Assembly: GCA_905178155.1 (NCBI GenBank)
Contig: CAJINV010000010.1
Location: 729,188 to 793,187 of the forward strand
DNA length: 64,000 bases
Reading direction: 5' to 3'
Source of the DNA: Amoebophrya sp. A120
Lineage: Eukaryota; Protista; Dinoflagellata
In this document: in pieces, positions 10,819 through 25,800 of the stretch
Layout: the number at the start of each line of letters is the position of its first letter
How positions within the stretch are numbered: position 1 is the stretch's first letter
Notes under the pieces: model-generated
Databases searched by the model: none
What the model was told of the DNA's origin: nothing
Seen by the model: the letters and a program-made list of their open reading frames with translations, nothing else
Position numbers and translations under genes: made by a program

Positions 10819-13800
10819 TTAGAAGTTCTTGGGACGAACAGTATTCTCTTGACTTTCTGTCTGTATTCTCAAGGACTCTGTTCTGCTGGCGCTTGCGGAA
10901 GATGGTGCACCCGCAGCCACACTTGTTCCACCTTCGGAAGTAGTAGTAGAGAAAAATGATTGCTCCTCCTCTTGTTCCGACGAATCATCATGATTTGAGA
11001 AAATGACTCCGCCGCTCGAAGCAGAAGTGCTAGTGCTCTATCAAATGCAAAAGTGTCTGGGTCTGGAAGATTCCCAGGCTTGTCATGCAGATTCTCCATG
11101 ATCCATCTCGTCTGGAATGCAGGACCTAGCATGACAGATTCTGCGAGATCCGTATCATGCCTATCCTGCATGAGAAACTTCCTCTCAACTTGGTCAAAAG
11201 TGAACAGCTTTTGGCATTCATGCAACACAGATTTTTGCACGATCCGGAATTAGCATCACAAGTCGCATTCTTCCAGGAGACCCAGACACTTTTACAATCC
11301 ATATGCTCCCACGAGCAGCTATAGTACCCAGGAGCTCCGCATCGATTTCGTCCAGGATTCTTCTCCCGAAACTTATGCAAGACAAAAACTGTGTAAGTGT
11401 AAATCTGTGATGCAGAAAATGCCAAACAGTTACACTTGTCATGCTCGACACGCATGATCGGCTCGCTTCCTATGTGTTTTCCCTTTGTATCTGCGCATAA
11501 CAAGTTTGTCCTGTCATGGCAGACAAACTTGTGATGCTGTTTTCCCAAAAGACTTACACTAACACAGATTTTTTCTTGGATAAAACTGACCGCCTTTTCA
11601 AAATCGCGGACCAGTACTTCTGGCTCCGCATTTTCTTTCAGCACAACTTTCTTCAGCAGTCTATCCACCTCCAGCTCCTGCATGATTTTCTGTTTCGCCT
11701 CACCATCCCGCATATCAAATGCAAATAGGTCTGGGTCTGGAATAAACTTGTGATGCAGGGAAGGGAATTATAGCGAGCACACTCTAATGCGCTGCCAAGC
11801 ATGACAAAAGTTTTATTTTCGTGGTTCTGAATTGCGTACTCCGCATGAGAAACTGCGCTTTTCCGCAACAGGCAAGAGGAGCACCTTGCGGCCACGCAAC
11901 ACAGAGTCCAGAGTGATGCCAGACTAGCATGACAAACCTTGTAATCTCCCAGGGAGCCCAGACATATTTGCACTTGATACCGCATCTGCAACTCGCTGAA
12001 GAAGCGTCTTCTCTCCTCCGTGGGCAGCTCCGTCTGTTTGAATTTTTCCCAGTACTCGTAAATCAGTTCCCGCGATTGCTCGAAGTGCCGCGATATCAAA
12101 TGCAAAAATGTCTGGTGTTTTGTCTGGAAACAAGACCTTGGTACAGCACGGGGAAGAGAACGACTTGAACTTTTTGAAGAAAGAAAAGAAAAGAGAACTA
12201 CGTGGATGCACTATCTAGAGAGAGATGAAACATGCTATTATGTCCACCGGTGGAACTAACTACTGCTACTTATACTATCACTTGCGCAACATACAAATTG
12301 GGTGCAATGAACTTCTGCCCACGGGGTCCCGCAGGCTCTACCAAGGTGCTACGCTGGCCAAAGCGCTAGGCACCTGGGAGCCTGTGGGTGCTCGCGCAGT
12401 AGTGTCATGGCCGTGCGAATAGCACACCGTGGGTGCATGCTCACTACTATTCGCTGACACTACTGCCGTTCATGACCCTATCCCCAAATGCGCATTCGAA
12501 ATAATTAAACTAAGAACTATCACAGCTGGGTCTGGGTCTGAGCAAAAATGTCTGGGTCTGGAAGAATGCAAGTTTGTCGTGCTTGTCTGGCATGATTCGA
12601 GAATCTGTGTTGCATAGGCACGAAGTGGCCCTCTTGCCTGTCATGCAAAAACGCAGTTTGCCATGCGGAATACGTAAGACACACATGGAAGCCAAAAAAT
12701 TTGTCATGCATAGCTGCGTATTGCAGTACGTCTATCATTCTCATTCACTTTCAGCATTACAAGTTTCCAGACCCAGACATATTTGCAGTTGATACGCGAG
12801 CCGGTGGAAAAACAAAGTAGATGGTCCCAGGTAATGTACAAGAGCCCGTAGTCCTGGTGCCAGATGTGATTCGTGTAGCCGTCGATCGTCATGACCAAAT
12901 TTCCCTCGTAGTCCAGCTCCGTGCTCTGGGGGGATAGGAGAAAGTAGAGATGTAACAGGAACGCGGAAGATTTGCTCGCTTTTGAAGCGGCGGGGTTGGA
13001 GGTCGTGGTGGACTCCTGATGTTCATCGCTGTTGGTCATTCTCATTTCATCATCGTGGTTCAACAGTGCTTCATCATTTTCGCTAGTAGTTGTACTTCTC
13101 GCTATCCCCCCGTATTATAATGAAAAATGCCCCCCTCCCAGAACTTGGCAGCGTTTGTATTGCAAACCTTTCCAAGGGAAACATTCCCCGTCTTGCATAT
13201 CTCAGCATCACAAATAATTTTCCATGGTGAATAGTTCAAATTTGTGTTGCAAAGGAGCCCTACAGCAGCCGGATCTGTTATGCACAAGACACCTTGCGCA
13301 GTCTAGGTTCTGCACCAGAAAGACTCGTAGTCCTTTCATGCATAGATAAAAAGCTCTTCATTTGAAAACCTTAAAAAATATGCATGACAAACTTTTGCAA
13401 ATTAGGGGGTGGGGGCATTTTTCATTGTAATACCCCGCCACTGCAGTTCACCACATCCAACGCCTTCCGCTGCACGGGCAAGACAAACGCGTTGTCGTAT
13501 CGTAAGGAAAAATCCCCCCTCCCCATATCGAAAAGCAGCTTTGTCTTGCAATAGAGCAATGCAGGCATATACGAAGCCCGAGCAGAGCAGTTTTGTTGTA
13601 GGCGCCCAGCATTGCAAACGTCTACGCTGTAGGACCAACAGCATCACAAACCGCCTGCAAAATGCAGCGGAGCCTGTGGAGTTGCCTACTTGCAAGACGA
13701 TTTGTGGTCACAAATCAGCATTACAAATTTTCTGAGGCGAGGACATTTTCCCTCACGATATGTCGTGCTTCGTGACGGGCAGGAAGCCCTCGCGGTTTTT

Positions 13801-16800
13801 CAAAAGATTTTGAACGCTGTCAAATGCAAAAATGTCTGGGTCTGGAAGAATGTAAACTTGTCATACTTGTCATGCAGATTTTCCATGACCCATGAGGTGT
13901 GGAATGCGGGGCCTAGCATGACAGACTCTGTGAGGTCTCTGCCATGCCTATCCTGCATGAGAAACTCCCTCCCAACTTGGTCGAAAGTGGACAGCTTTTG
14001 GCACTCATGCAACACAGATTTTTGCATGCCTCAGATTTACCATGACAAGTTGCAGCCACCTTCCAGACCCAGACATATTTGCAATCCATAAACGCCTTCG
14101 TTCTGCGCGAACTCGGGGTCCACGGGAACGAGGTTCCAGGTGGTGCAATCGATACCAGTATCGGCGGCAGCAGCAGTGCTTTTCTTCCCTTCGCCAGCAT
14201 GACTTTGAAATTTTTCCAAAAACCGCAACAACCGCGTCACCTGCTGCAACTTTCCAAACAGGAACCCCTCCTGCGGCATGTTGTAGTGGGTCGAAAACTG
14301 CGGCACGCGGATGTCTTGCCGCCCGTCTTGGTAGGCAGCGAACTTCTCTCGCCGGAAATAGTTAGCGCAGAAAGAACTTCTTTTCCTCGTTGCATGATCA
14401 GCAGCTTCTACTTCTGACGACGGTATTAAAATTTTTAAAGTGCTGGACAGTTCTTGCTCATGTTTTGCTTTTTCGGTAGGAGGTTCTACTTCTGACGTGT
14501 GATCTGCAGTTTCAACGTCTGGAACTACGGCCTTTTCATCCTCTAGTTGCTGCTCCACCAGCTTTAGATCTTGATTCCCCTCTCCCCCATTCGGATAGTC
14601 GATTTGCTCGAACCTTTCGTTCAATTCCCCCCTCCCCTCCTTCGCTCGGTCATTGTCCCCGAACGCCGTCTATCAAATGCAAATATGTCATCTGCGGATG
14701 GAAGATTCGAGGAGTTCTTTGTCAATCATGCACAATTGTACATGACCCGAGCTGCCTGTGATGCATGCCGCAGCATCACAACTTTCGGAGAGTGCCCAGA
14801 GGACATATTTGCATCGCATATCGTCCCCTCCGGCCACTGGAAGTATTGGGAGGAAAAATCTCCCCTCCCCATATCGAAAAGGTATGTTTCCGAAATTTTG
14901 TCTTGCTGATTCGAGACCACAAATCACGTCTGTTTTGCAAGAAGACAACTCCGCTGGCTCTGCCGCACTATGCAGGCGGTTTGTCATGCTGTTGGGCCTA
15001 CAGCATAGACGTTTCTCATGCTAAGCGCCTAGGCCAAAAGCTCTCTACTCAGGCTCGGCAGGAGCCTGCAGTCCTCGCCAGCAAGACACATCTGATTTGA
15101 GTACGCAAATCCAGCATCAGAAACTTCGTTTTGATATGGGGAGGGGGGATTTTTCCTTTTGATAGGAAGTCCCGACAAACATCGAGCACCTCCACCGGCT
15201 CCACGGGCAACCCGGCGGGCAGCACTAACTTCTCGCCCAAACCCAGATTGAGAAAAGAATTCACGAGATTCCTCCTCGCCCCGCAGCCGTGGTGGTGAAA
15301 CCCGATTTTTTCCGCGTCGAGAACGAGCAGCAGGGTGCTTTTCTCCTGTAACTCGAAGAGGAGAGAGATAAAAATGAGAAATCCCCCCTCCCCATATCAA
15401 AGCGGAAATCTGTAATGCGGGACTTGTGTACACAAATCGCGCTTGTCTTGCAGGAAAGCACTGCACGCAGATCGCAAGCCTAAGCAGGGGCCTTTTGGTG
15501 TAGGGGCCTAGCATGGCAGACGTCTGCCCTGTAGGCCTTGCAGCATTACAAACGGCCTGCATATCGTGGCGGAGTCTCTGGATTTGCCTTCTGGCAAGAC
15601 GGACAGGATTCGTGGTCACAAATCTGCATCACAAATTTTCGGAAGGACGTGTTTTCAATATGGGGAGGGGGGATTTTTCCTTGCAATAAGAGAGAATTCG
15701 GCGAAGAGCTGAAAAAACTGCTGGAAGTACTCCAGAACGCGATTGGAACTACTGGTTGCTGCAGCTGCATCTATGCAAGAAAAAAACTGTGTAATTGTAA
15801 ATCTGTGAAACAGAAAATGCAAAACAGTTACACGTGTCATGCTGGACATGCATCAGAGGCTCTCTTCGTACCTGTTTTCACGTACTAGCCGCGCATGACA
15901 GACTCTCTCTGTCATGCAGAGCAAACTTGTGATGCTATTCCTCCAAAAAAGTTACACTAACACAGTTTTTTTCCTGGATAGCAGCCTTGTCGTCACCACT
16001 ACTACCATGTTGACCATCCTCCTCCTCCTCGTCCTCCTGTACCTGGATGACATTCAGCTGGATCCGTGTTTTCAAGCCCGGAAACAAGTTTTCTTTCACC
16101 TCCGCGATCTTTGTGCTGAAAAACACCGCGAGTGTGTCGAAGTAGACCTGGTAATTGAACTCGGAATTGTGTTCTTCGTCCTCTGAGTCAACTGACCGCC
16201 CTTGTGCTTGTCTTTCTTCCTCGTCTTATGGATGTGTCAGGATCGAAATCGACAAAATCGAAAAATTTGCAATGCATGAAATGTAGGGCAAGTAGGGCCT
16301 GTATTGGGGAGCAAGCAAATGAGACCGATTGCCAGCCTGTTTAGGAGGAGGCGATGTGCTACCAGAGTAGCACGACAGGAGCAGTCTTCTTTGCCCAAAC
16401 AGCATGACAGACTGGATTTTGGTGCTCACAAAATTTGTCATGCGCCAGTTGGAAACTGAGGCTCCAACTGGTATCGATTTTATGCATCACGCATTATTTC
16501 GATTTTGTTGATTTCAATCCTGACAGTTCCATACGTCTTCGGCTGCCTTTCGTACTTGTTCCGCCAAAAGCTGCTCGTATATCAAAAGGAAAAAACCCCC
16601 AGCCCATATCGAAAAGGGGATTTGTGATGCTGGATTTGCGTACACAAATCCGAGGCGTCTTGCTGGAGAGCACTGAAGGCACATACTAAGCGTGAGTAGC
16701 GGGGTTGTGGCTTAGGCGCTTAGCATGAAAAACATCCGCGCTGTAGGTCGAACAGCATGACAAACCGCCTGCACAATGCGGCGGAACCTGCGGAGTTGCC

Positions 16801-19800
16801 TTCTTGCAAGACAGACGCGATTTGTGACCACAAATCAGCATCACAAATTTCCAAAAATATACCTTTTCAGTATGGGGAGGGGGAATTTTTCCTTGCAATA
16901 TCGTATTCCTTCCAACCTGACTGCGCAGTTTTCAGAAACTCGTCGAGTAGAAGGTAGAAGTTGGTAGTTCTACTTTTATTTTCTCGGTGTTCTATACTAT
17001 TTCTTGGCACGACGACTGTGTGCGGTCGGAGCGCGGCGGGTAAATTCTCGATCAACCGGGTGGCTTTGTCGATGTTCATATTTTGTTCCTCCTCGTGTCG
17101 TTGGAGTTCATCATCATCATCATCCTTCGTCGCTGCAACTTGTGGACGTGCTGGTGGCTCCTTCTCGGTTACTTCCTCGTTCACAATGACGACCTTCAGA
17201 TTCTCATTCAGCTCCTTCTTCACATGCAACGCGGTCTCCTGCTCTTGCATCACGGCGCCCAAATGCGTCTTCAGCAAAACCACGACTTTTTGTGGCAAGA
17301 GCCTGTTTGCAACTGTTGAACTGGTGCTCGAGAACCTTCTTGCTGCTTCCGGAACGAGAAGTGGTGGAGAACTTGCTGCGAGAAACTTCTTCACCCAGAA
17401 TCCCATGGACTGAAAGAAATTCTCCCCCGGTTCCTTGTGAATCACTGGATCGACGAAAATGCGGCTGTCGACATCCTCTTGGACCACGTCGATGTCTGCT
17501 GAGCCTCCTGCAGCTCCTTCACTGTTCTTGGACTTGATAGAACTTTCGTCTTCCTCCGCGCTTTCGACCGCTTCTAGCACGTCTACTCTTTTCGCTGCTG
17601 AGTCAGAAGTTGTGGGGAGGTTCTTTAATGTTGCTCCTGCTTTTAATATATGCACTGCAAAAATGTCTGGGTCTGGAGAAAACTTGTAATGCTAGCTCTA
17701 CATTCCTGGGAAATCTGTATTGCATAACCAACAAAAGTCGCAGCCTCTTTTGTCATGCAAAAACGCAGTTTGTCATGCGGATTGCCTATGAGAAAGCGTT
17801 TTGGGAAGTTGTCATGCTGGGCTGCATTCGGAAGCGTTTTCATCATGGACATTATAGCATCACAAGTTTCCAGACCGAGACATTAACATTTTTGCATTTG
17901 ATACAATATCGATGCTCCTGCAGTATCATCTTCTCTGCCAGTTGTACCCCCCACCTTGCCGAACCCAGAGACCAAGTTTTCGTTTCCAGCGGCCGTGGTG
18001 TAGTTACTCAAGAAACCGGCGAGGACCAAGGGCGCCGCAGCAGAATTCGCAAGATGAACTTCGCTAGAAGTAGTACTGGAGGAAGATGAAACAGCACCAC
18101 TGTGGTGTATCCCACGAAAAAAGTGTTACAGTTACACATTTGTAGTAAATTCAGCAACACAAACTTCTCTGCATGAGAGACAAAAATTGTAATGCAGAAA
18201 TCCTACGGGAAAATACCTATGAAAGGAGGATCCTATGCATATCCGGCATGACAGAGCTCGTCTATCTTGCTTGGCCTGCAGCACAATGTGTAACTGTAAC
18301 ACTTTTCTCTTGCGATATGGTGATCCTTGTCCCCGCTACTGTAGTTTTTGCTCATTTCCGTATGCATTGCAAATATGTCTGGGTCTGGAAGAGCGTGTAC
18401 TTGACTTGTGATGCTAAATCTGGATCGTGAAAAAATTTGTGTTGCACGATGAACAAAAGTGTTCACTTTCAAACAAGTCTAGAGGCAGTTTCTCACTCAG
18501 GAAAGGCATGATAGAGATCTCGCCTCCGACTCTGTCACGTTAGGCCGTGCATGCCAGACCTCGTGGGTCATGGAAAACCTGCATGACAAACCTAGCAATC
18601 TTCCAGACCCAGACATACGTGCATTTGATACTCCGCCTGCTCCGCCAACTCGGTGAGAAACCTTTTGGACAAAAACTCGTTATCAAAAGAAAAAAACCCC
18701 CCGCCCCATATCAAAGTCGAAATCTGTGATGCGGGACTTGTGTACACAAATCAGCTGTGTCTTGCAGTAAAGGAATGCAGGCAGATACAAAACCCGGGCG
18801 GGGATGTTCTGCAGTAGGCCTGTAGCATGACAGAGATCCCCCCTGGAGGCCTAGCAGCATCACAAACCGCCTGCAAAATGCAGCGGAATCTCTGGATTTG
18901 CCTTCTTGCAATAGAGAGACGATCTGTGGCCACAAATCCGCATCACAAATTTTCACAAGTATCCCCTTTTGGTATGGGGAGGGTGGATTTTTCCTCACGA
19001 TACTCGTTGTCCATTTGCACAATGGAATACCCGCTGCTGTCCTTCCAACACACATTTTCCTGTGTAAAAACGCCCCCACCCCAGAGTTGTCATGCAAATG
19101 CGCAATGACAGGAACATTTGCAATGCGCATCTCCATGACAGGCATTTTCAGTCGTGTTTTGGCATTTGTAATGTTGTAAACAGGATGATTAAATGGCTTT
19201 GTCGTGCGGCTTTTCTTGCTAGCCAGCACTACACCGCAGATGGAAACTTGTCATGCAGAACTCCCAAAACTTCGAGATTTGTGTTGCAGACTTCCCATCT
19301 TGACTATGGTGTGGGGACGTTCTTCCATATGATACACATCGCTGCTGTCCCGCTCGATCTGCATCAACGGCGTGTATGAAAGTGCACAACTCCAACTCCC
19401 CCTCATTTGTCATGCAAAACTCCAAAAGTCCACCCTTTGCCTGTTAATAGCACTGTTTGCAAGACGGACTCCGGATAATTCAAAACAGCATCTTTGCAAT
19501 AATCCTCTAGGAATCTGTCATGCAAAGGCTGCATCTTTGCCAGCGCGGCTTGTGTTGCTGTTCAGGCAACACAAATGAGATGGAGGGGGAGTTGTGCACT
19601 CGGATAGCGTGAAAAACTGCACGAAAAGGTCCTTGGAGAAATCTCTTTCCGTCAGTTCCCGCATGTTCCAGTACTTTTTCGCGTACTTCGACTGCTCGGA
19701 AAGCATGCGCTCCTTCTGCCGGGCCTGGAACCCCTGCTTGTGGTTTTTCAACAGCTGCTATCAAATGCAAAAATGTCTGGGTCTGGAAGCTTGTGATGCT

Positions 19801-22800
19801 GGGTGGCGTCTCATGATGAGGCCACAAGTGCTGGCTCAGCATGACAAGTTTCTGAGCTTCTAGGTGTTGCCTATTCTGCATGACAAACTGCGTCTTTGCA
19901 TCACAGAAGGGTGGGGCATTTGGGTAACGTGCATGACAGATTTAAGAGTCACGCCAGACAAGCATGACAAACCCTGCATTCTTCCAGACCCAGACATTTT
20001 TGCAGTTGATAGCTGCACACGGGAAGAGGGGATGACAGAATCCTGGTCCACATGATCCTCTTCTGGTGCAACAGAAGTGCTGGCATCCTCGTTTATCCTG
20101 AGCAAAAATGTCCCCACACCAGAGTCAAGATGGGAAATCCGCTAGACAAATCCATAAGCTTTGGCTGTTTCGCATGACAAATTTGGACGCGTAGTGTAGT
20201 GCTGTTTGAGCTAGCTAAGCAGCATTACAGATCTAGTATCTCATGCTGATTGGCGCATTACAGATTTCCAAACCGCATTAGAAAATGCTTCTCATGGGGC
20301 TCCGCATGAGAAACATTTTAAGCATGCAGAATTGCATGACAACTATGGTGTGGGGACGTTTTTACTCAGGATATCGTTTGTTCCAAACGTACGACGTCCC
20401 GAGAGGTTTCTACTCCTGCTCGTCCCAACATTCAAATCTACGTTCTATGAATTGCAAAAGTATCGTACTCGTAGAAATGCATTACAAATTGACTTAGCAT
20501 TACAAATTAAATTTGTAATGCGGATTTGCCTCAAGAAAAAGATTTGTAATGCATAGCTGCGAAGATTACTACGAGTACGATACTTTTGCACAGGATACGT
20601 TCAACGGGTCAACAATTTTCGCTCCGCCGTTCTCCTCCCCGTCGCCCCCGTTTTCGAAGTAGTCGGCCATTTCGTACACCAACGACTGCGGGCTCAAAAT
20701 GCGGTTCTCCGCGGAAGAAAATCCGGTTTTGTCGCGGTGCTTGAATGGGTAACTGTTCTGCTCGAAGTAGGTGTGGAGCACGTTTTTGTACTCGGAGTTT
20801 TTCACTTTCTTCTCCAGCCACAGAATCTCCTGCACGAACTCCTTGTCCAAAAAGGGATACCTCGCTTCGATCCCGAACTACGAATTGCAAATATGTCTGG
20901 GTCTGGAAGAATGCAACTTGTGATGCTGAATTTGGATTGCAAAAAAATTTGTATTGCACGAGCAGCGAAAGGAGTCTAATTTTTTCTACACGTAAAGGGG
21001 ATTTGCCATGCGGAATAGGCATCAAGAAGCCCTCAACAACTCTGTCACGCTAGGGCATGCATCACAGACATCATGGCGCCCGCAAAACGTGCATGACAAG
21101 TCTCAGAATCTACTTCCAGACCCAGACACTTTTGCATTTGATACGAACGCGCCGCCGACTAATTCCTCCTTCATAATGTAGTCGCGCATGGTCCCGTATG
21201 GATTGTAAAAGTGTCTGGGTCTGGAAGGTTGGAACTTGTAATGCTAGCTTTCCATACCTAGAAAATCTGTATTGCATAAACAACAAAAGTCGCAGCCTCT
21301 TTTGTAATGCAAAAACGCAGTTTCTCATGCGGATTGCCTATGAGAAAGCGTTTTGGGAAGTTGTCATGCCGAACTGCATTCGAAAGCGTTTTCACCATGC
21401 ACATTTTAGCATCACAAGATTCCAGACCCAGACATTTTTGCATTTGATATCCCGAGGAAAAAAATCGCCCACGGGAAAATCTCCGCGAGGTTGTCGGGGA
21501 AATACCCTGCGATCGTTGACTATCACAGGGAAAAAGTGTTACAGTAACAGTTACACATTTGTTCTTGGAGTTTCTGCATCACAAAGTTGCTCGCCATGGC
21601 AGAGAAAACCTGTCATGCGCAGACCACTGTAAGCGAAAACACGAATGAAATGAGGCTGGCAAGCATTTCCTGCATGACAGAGGTTGTCTGTCTTGCTTGT
21701 CTTCCATCACAGTGTGTAACTACTGTAACACTTTTCTCTTAGAATATTGACTGCGGGAAAATCTTTGTCTTGTTGAAGCCATAGTCTGACAAAATCTCGT
21801 CCGCGCCGGAGCCGGTCAGGTAAACCAGCGTGCCCATCTGCCGCGCCACGCCCATGATCTGCGCCAGCCCCATGGACGCGTCGTCATCCACGACGGTGGT
21901 GCGGCCGACGAACTTCCGGGAAAACGCGGAAAACTCGTACGGCTCCGAGCAGGCCATTAGGTAGGTGCGGATCTGCTGAAACATGTTGTAGCTATAGTCG
22001 ATAATCGTGGCGTAAGCGACGTCCTTGGAAAAAATGTTCCGCTTGCGAATCACTTCCATGTCCTCTTTCCCCATGATCGTGTAGTAGTAGTGCGGAATGC
22101 TGTTCTTCGTCAGGGCCAGGTGAATCGCGCCCGCGTCGTAGCCGGAGGAGAGTCCGAGGAAGGGGGGATGGTATCCTGTGTAAAAACGTCCCCACCCCAG
22201 AGTTTGAGTTGTCATGCAGAATTACAATCACAGGAAAACTTGTAATGCGCATCCCCACGAGGGGCATTTTCAATGGTGTTATGCAATTTGTGATGCTGTA
22301 AACAGGATACTACCAAGGCTTTGTGATGCAGTTGACCTTGCTAACCCGCATTACAGTAATGAAAAAAAACTTGTCATGCGTGACTCCCAAAACTTCTGGA
22401 TCTGTGTTGCAGAATTCCCTTCTTGACTCTGGGGTGGGCACGTAGTTTTTACACAGGATAGATGGAGGGAGGTTTTCACCCGTTTGTGGATCGCCTTTTC
22501 AAACGCGGCGATCGCGTCTCGGGTGTCCGTTTTGAACTGCCGGAGGTCGATATGCGAGCGCAAAACCCCCCTGCTCCCCCTCATTTGTAATGCAAAAAGC
22601 TCAAAGCCACCTCGTGCCCCCGAGCACTGTCTGCATGACAAGTTTCCGAAGCTTAAACAGTGTACACTCTGCACGTAAAGTTGTCTTGCGGAAGCTATAT
22701 TTCATCATCTGCCGCTGCTTGTATTGCTCTGCATGACCTTACAAATCACGAGAAGAGGGACGTCGAGTTGTGCCCTCTCATAGTCGAATTCGAACAGCGG

Positions 22801-25800
22801 AAAGTGGTCCAGCAAACGGAGGTTAGGCAGGCCTTGATGCTGAGATTCTACTTCGTGTCGTCCTTTGTCAACATTATCTGCTTGTGTGTCCTCTATCGCA
22901 AGAAAAAACTGTTTCACTGTGAACTTGTCATGCATAGAATGGAACACAGAACTATTTGTGTTGCTACACCTGCAAGGCAGTCAATTTTTAAGCGTGTTTC
23001 ACCTTGGAAAGCGCGCATGGCAAATTTTCTGTGTCATGTGTAGCAATCTTGTGATGCGGATCTTGCAAAACCATCACAGTGAAACAGTTTTTTCGTGGGA
23101 TATCCTCGTCGACGAGATGAATGGTTTCGTCCTCGTCTCTATCAAATGCAAATGTGTCTGGGTCTGGAAGGACGCAAGGTTTGTCATGCACAGTTTGCAT
23201 GACTCCTGACGTCTGTTATGCATGCCGTAGCATCGCAGATTCTGTGAGGGTTTCCTCATGCCTATACCGCATGAGAAATGCCCTCTCGCCGTGGCATAAA
23301 CTCGAGCTCTTTTGCTGTTCATGCAATACAGAATTTTGTAGTATCCAAATGCAGCATCACAAGTTGCAACCTTCCAGACCCAGACAAATTTGCGATCCAT
23401 AGTCTCGAAGGGTCTTCGTGTGAGGACCAGCAGCAGCTGCAGTTTCTGTGCCAGGTTCTTGTAGTCCCCCACCCAGATCATGAAGATGATGTTCTTGCTG
23501 ATCAAAAACTTTTGCACTCCTGCTAAACTGTGCGTTTGTGTATGGATTGCAAAAATGTCTGGGTCTGGAAGATTGCAACTTGTCATGCTAACTCCGAATC
23601 ATGCAGAAATCTGTGTTGCATGAGTGCCAAAAGCTGTCCACTTTCGACCAAGTTTGGAGGGAGTTTCTCATGCAGGATAGGCATGGCAGAGACCTCACAG
23701 ACTCTGTCATGTTAGGTCCCGCATTCCAGACCTCATGGGTCATGAAAAACCTGCATGACAAGTTTGCACTCTTCCAGACCCAGACATTTTTGCATTTGAT
23801 ATTGTGTAGGTACTCCCAACGTCGCCCGACTTCCCCGTCCTCGACGTTTTCAGAATTCGGTTCAAATCGTATTACAGTGAAAAATGCCCCCACCCCGAAA
23901 TTGGCAGAAGTTTGTCATGCAAAGTTTCCAAATGAACGCTTTTTGTCTTGCATAAAAGGATTGCGAGCGTTTCTGATGCAGAATCAGGGCGCGCAAGGTG
24001 CTTTGTGCATAACAGATCCGGCTGCTGTTGGGCTACTTCGCAACACAGATTTGACCTATTCAGCATGGAAAATTTGTGATGCTGAGATATGCAAGATGGG
24101 GAATGTTTCTGTTGGAAAGGTTTGCAATACAGAGGCTACCAAGCTGGGGGTGGGGGCATTTTTCATTGTAATAAATCGCGCTCGAGGTTCAAAGAAAGTT
24201 CTTCATCTGCACTATCGTACCCAAACACCAAGGCCTGGTTTGGTGGGATCATGCGCAGTATCAAGTGTAAAAATGTCTGGGTCTGGAAGATTGCAACTTG
24301 TCATGCTAAATCTGCAGCATGCAAAAATCTGTGTTGCATGATTACCAAAAGTCGTCCAGTTTTCACCAAGTCGGGAGGTAGTTTCTCATGCAGGATAGGC
24401 ATTAGAAAGGTCGCGCAGAATCTGTCATGCTAGGTCCTGCATTCCAGACCTCATGGGTCATGGAAAACCAGCATGACAAATCGCGCATTCTTCTAGACAT
24501 CCAGGGATTTTTGCATTTGATACGCAGACTGCCCGCCGGCGCCCCCGCCCGCGCTAACCCCGACCGATACACACTGACGCCAAAGTGCCAGTAGTTTGTT
24601 CTTCTACTTCTCCGATGAGTTCTTTTGTCGGCAGATGAGGTAGATGAAGTAGATGAAGCTTTTATCCTGAGTAAAAACGTACCCACACCAGAGTCAGGAT
24701 GGGGATTTTGCATCACAAACCTAGGAGTTTTGTGAGTCACGCAGGCATGACAAGTTGCACTCTGCAGTGTAGTGCAGGTTAGCAAGTGCAGCCGCGTCAC
24801 AGATTCATCTGCTCATGCTGTTCACAGCATCACAAATTCCAAAACACGATCGGAAATGGCTCTCATGCGGATGCGCATTACAAGTCTCCCTGTCTTTGCA
24901 AATCTGCATTACAACTCTGGTATGGGTACGTTTTTACTCAGGATAGCTTTACTTGACGCTGACGCGAGGACGACCCCTGCATCGTTTCCAACGGCTCTGT
25001 ATCAAATGCAAAAATGTCTGGGTCTGGAAACTTGTGATGCTAAAATGTGCATGATGAAAACACTTCCGAATGCAGTCCGGCATGACAACTTTCCAAAACG
25101 CTTTCTCATAGGCAATCCGCATGAGAAACTGCGTTTTTGCATGACAAAAGAGGCTGCGGCTTTTGTCGGTTATGCAATACGGATTTTCTAGGTATGGAAA
25201 GTTAGCATTACAAGTTCCAAGCTTCCAGACCCAGACATTTTTACAATCCATACTCTCGTTCGTGCAGCTGGGACGAGTTGTTCCTTGCTTCCACCTCCAA
25301 ACACGCTCAGCCAGAGTGGCTTGGTTCCAAACACGTCCGTGCTGATCACGATTTTTCGCGTCCGTTCGTCGACAACAATGATGGTGAATTCCCCATCGAG
25401 AAACTGGAGAAATCTCGGGCCGTAGTGCAGATACAGTGGCAGGATCACATCCCCGTCCGATTTCACGGGAAGGAAGGTCGTCGTCGTCGTCCCGGGGGTT
25501 TTTGCAGCTGATTTCGTAGTTACCCTGAAAGCGTCGGCATGCTGCTCGCGGAGCTCCACCCAGTTGTATATCTCTCCGTTGAAAACGGCGAATAGGGTGG
25601 ATTTGGACTTGGCAGAGGAGGATGATGGCGATTTTGCTGCCGATGTAGTTGATGCGTGATTTTCTATTTCTGTGGATTTCGCCCCCGCCGCTAGCTGTGG
25701 TTCATCTTCGGAAGCTGTTCTTGGTTCGGTGGACCCCGTGCTAGAAATTCTGTCCTGCTTCGCGAAGTGGCTCGTGTCCAGGAAAAGGGGTTGCAACCGC

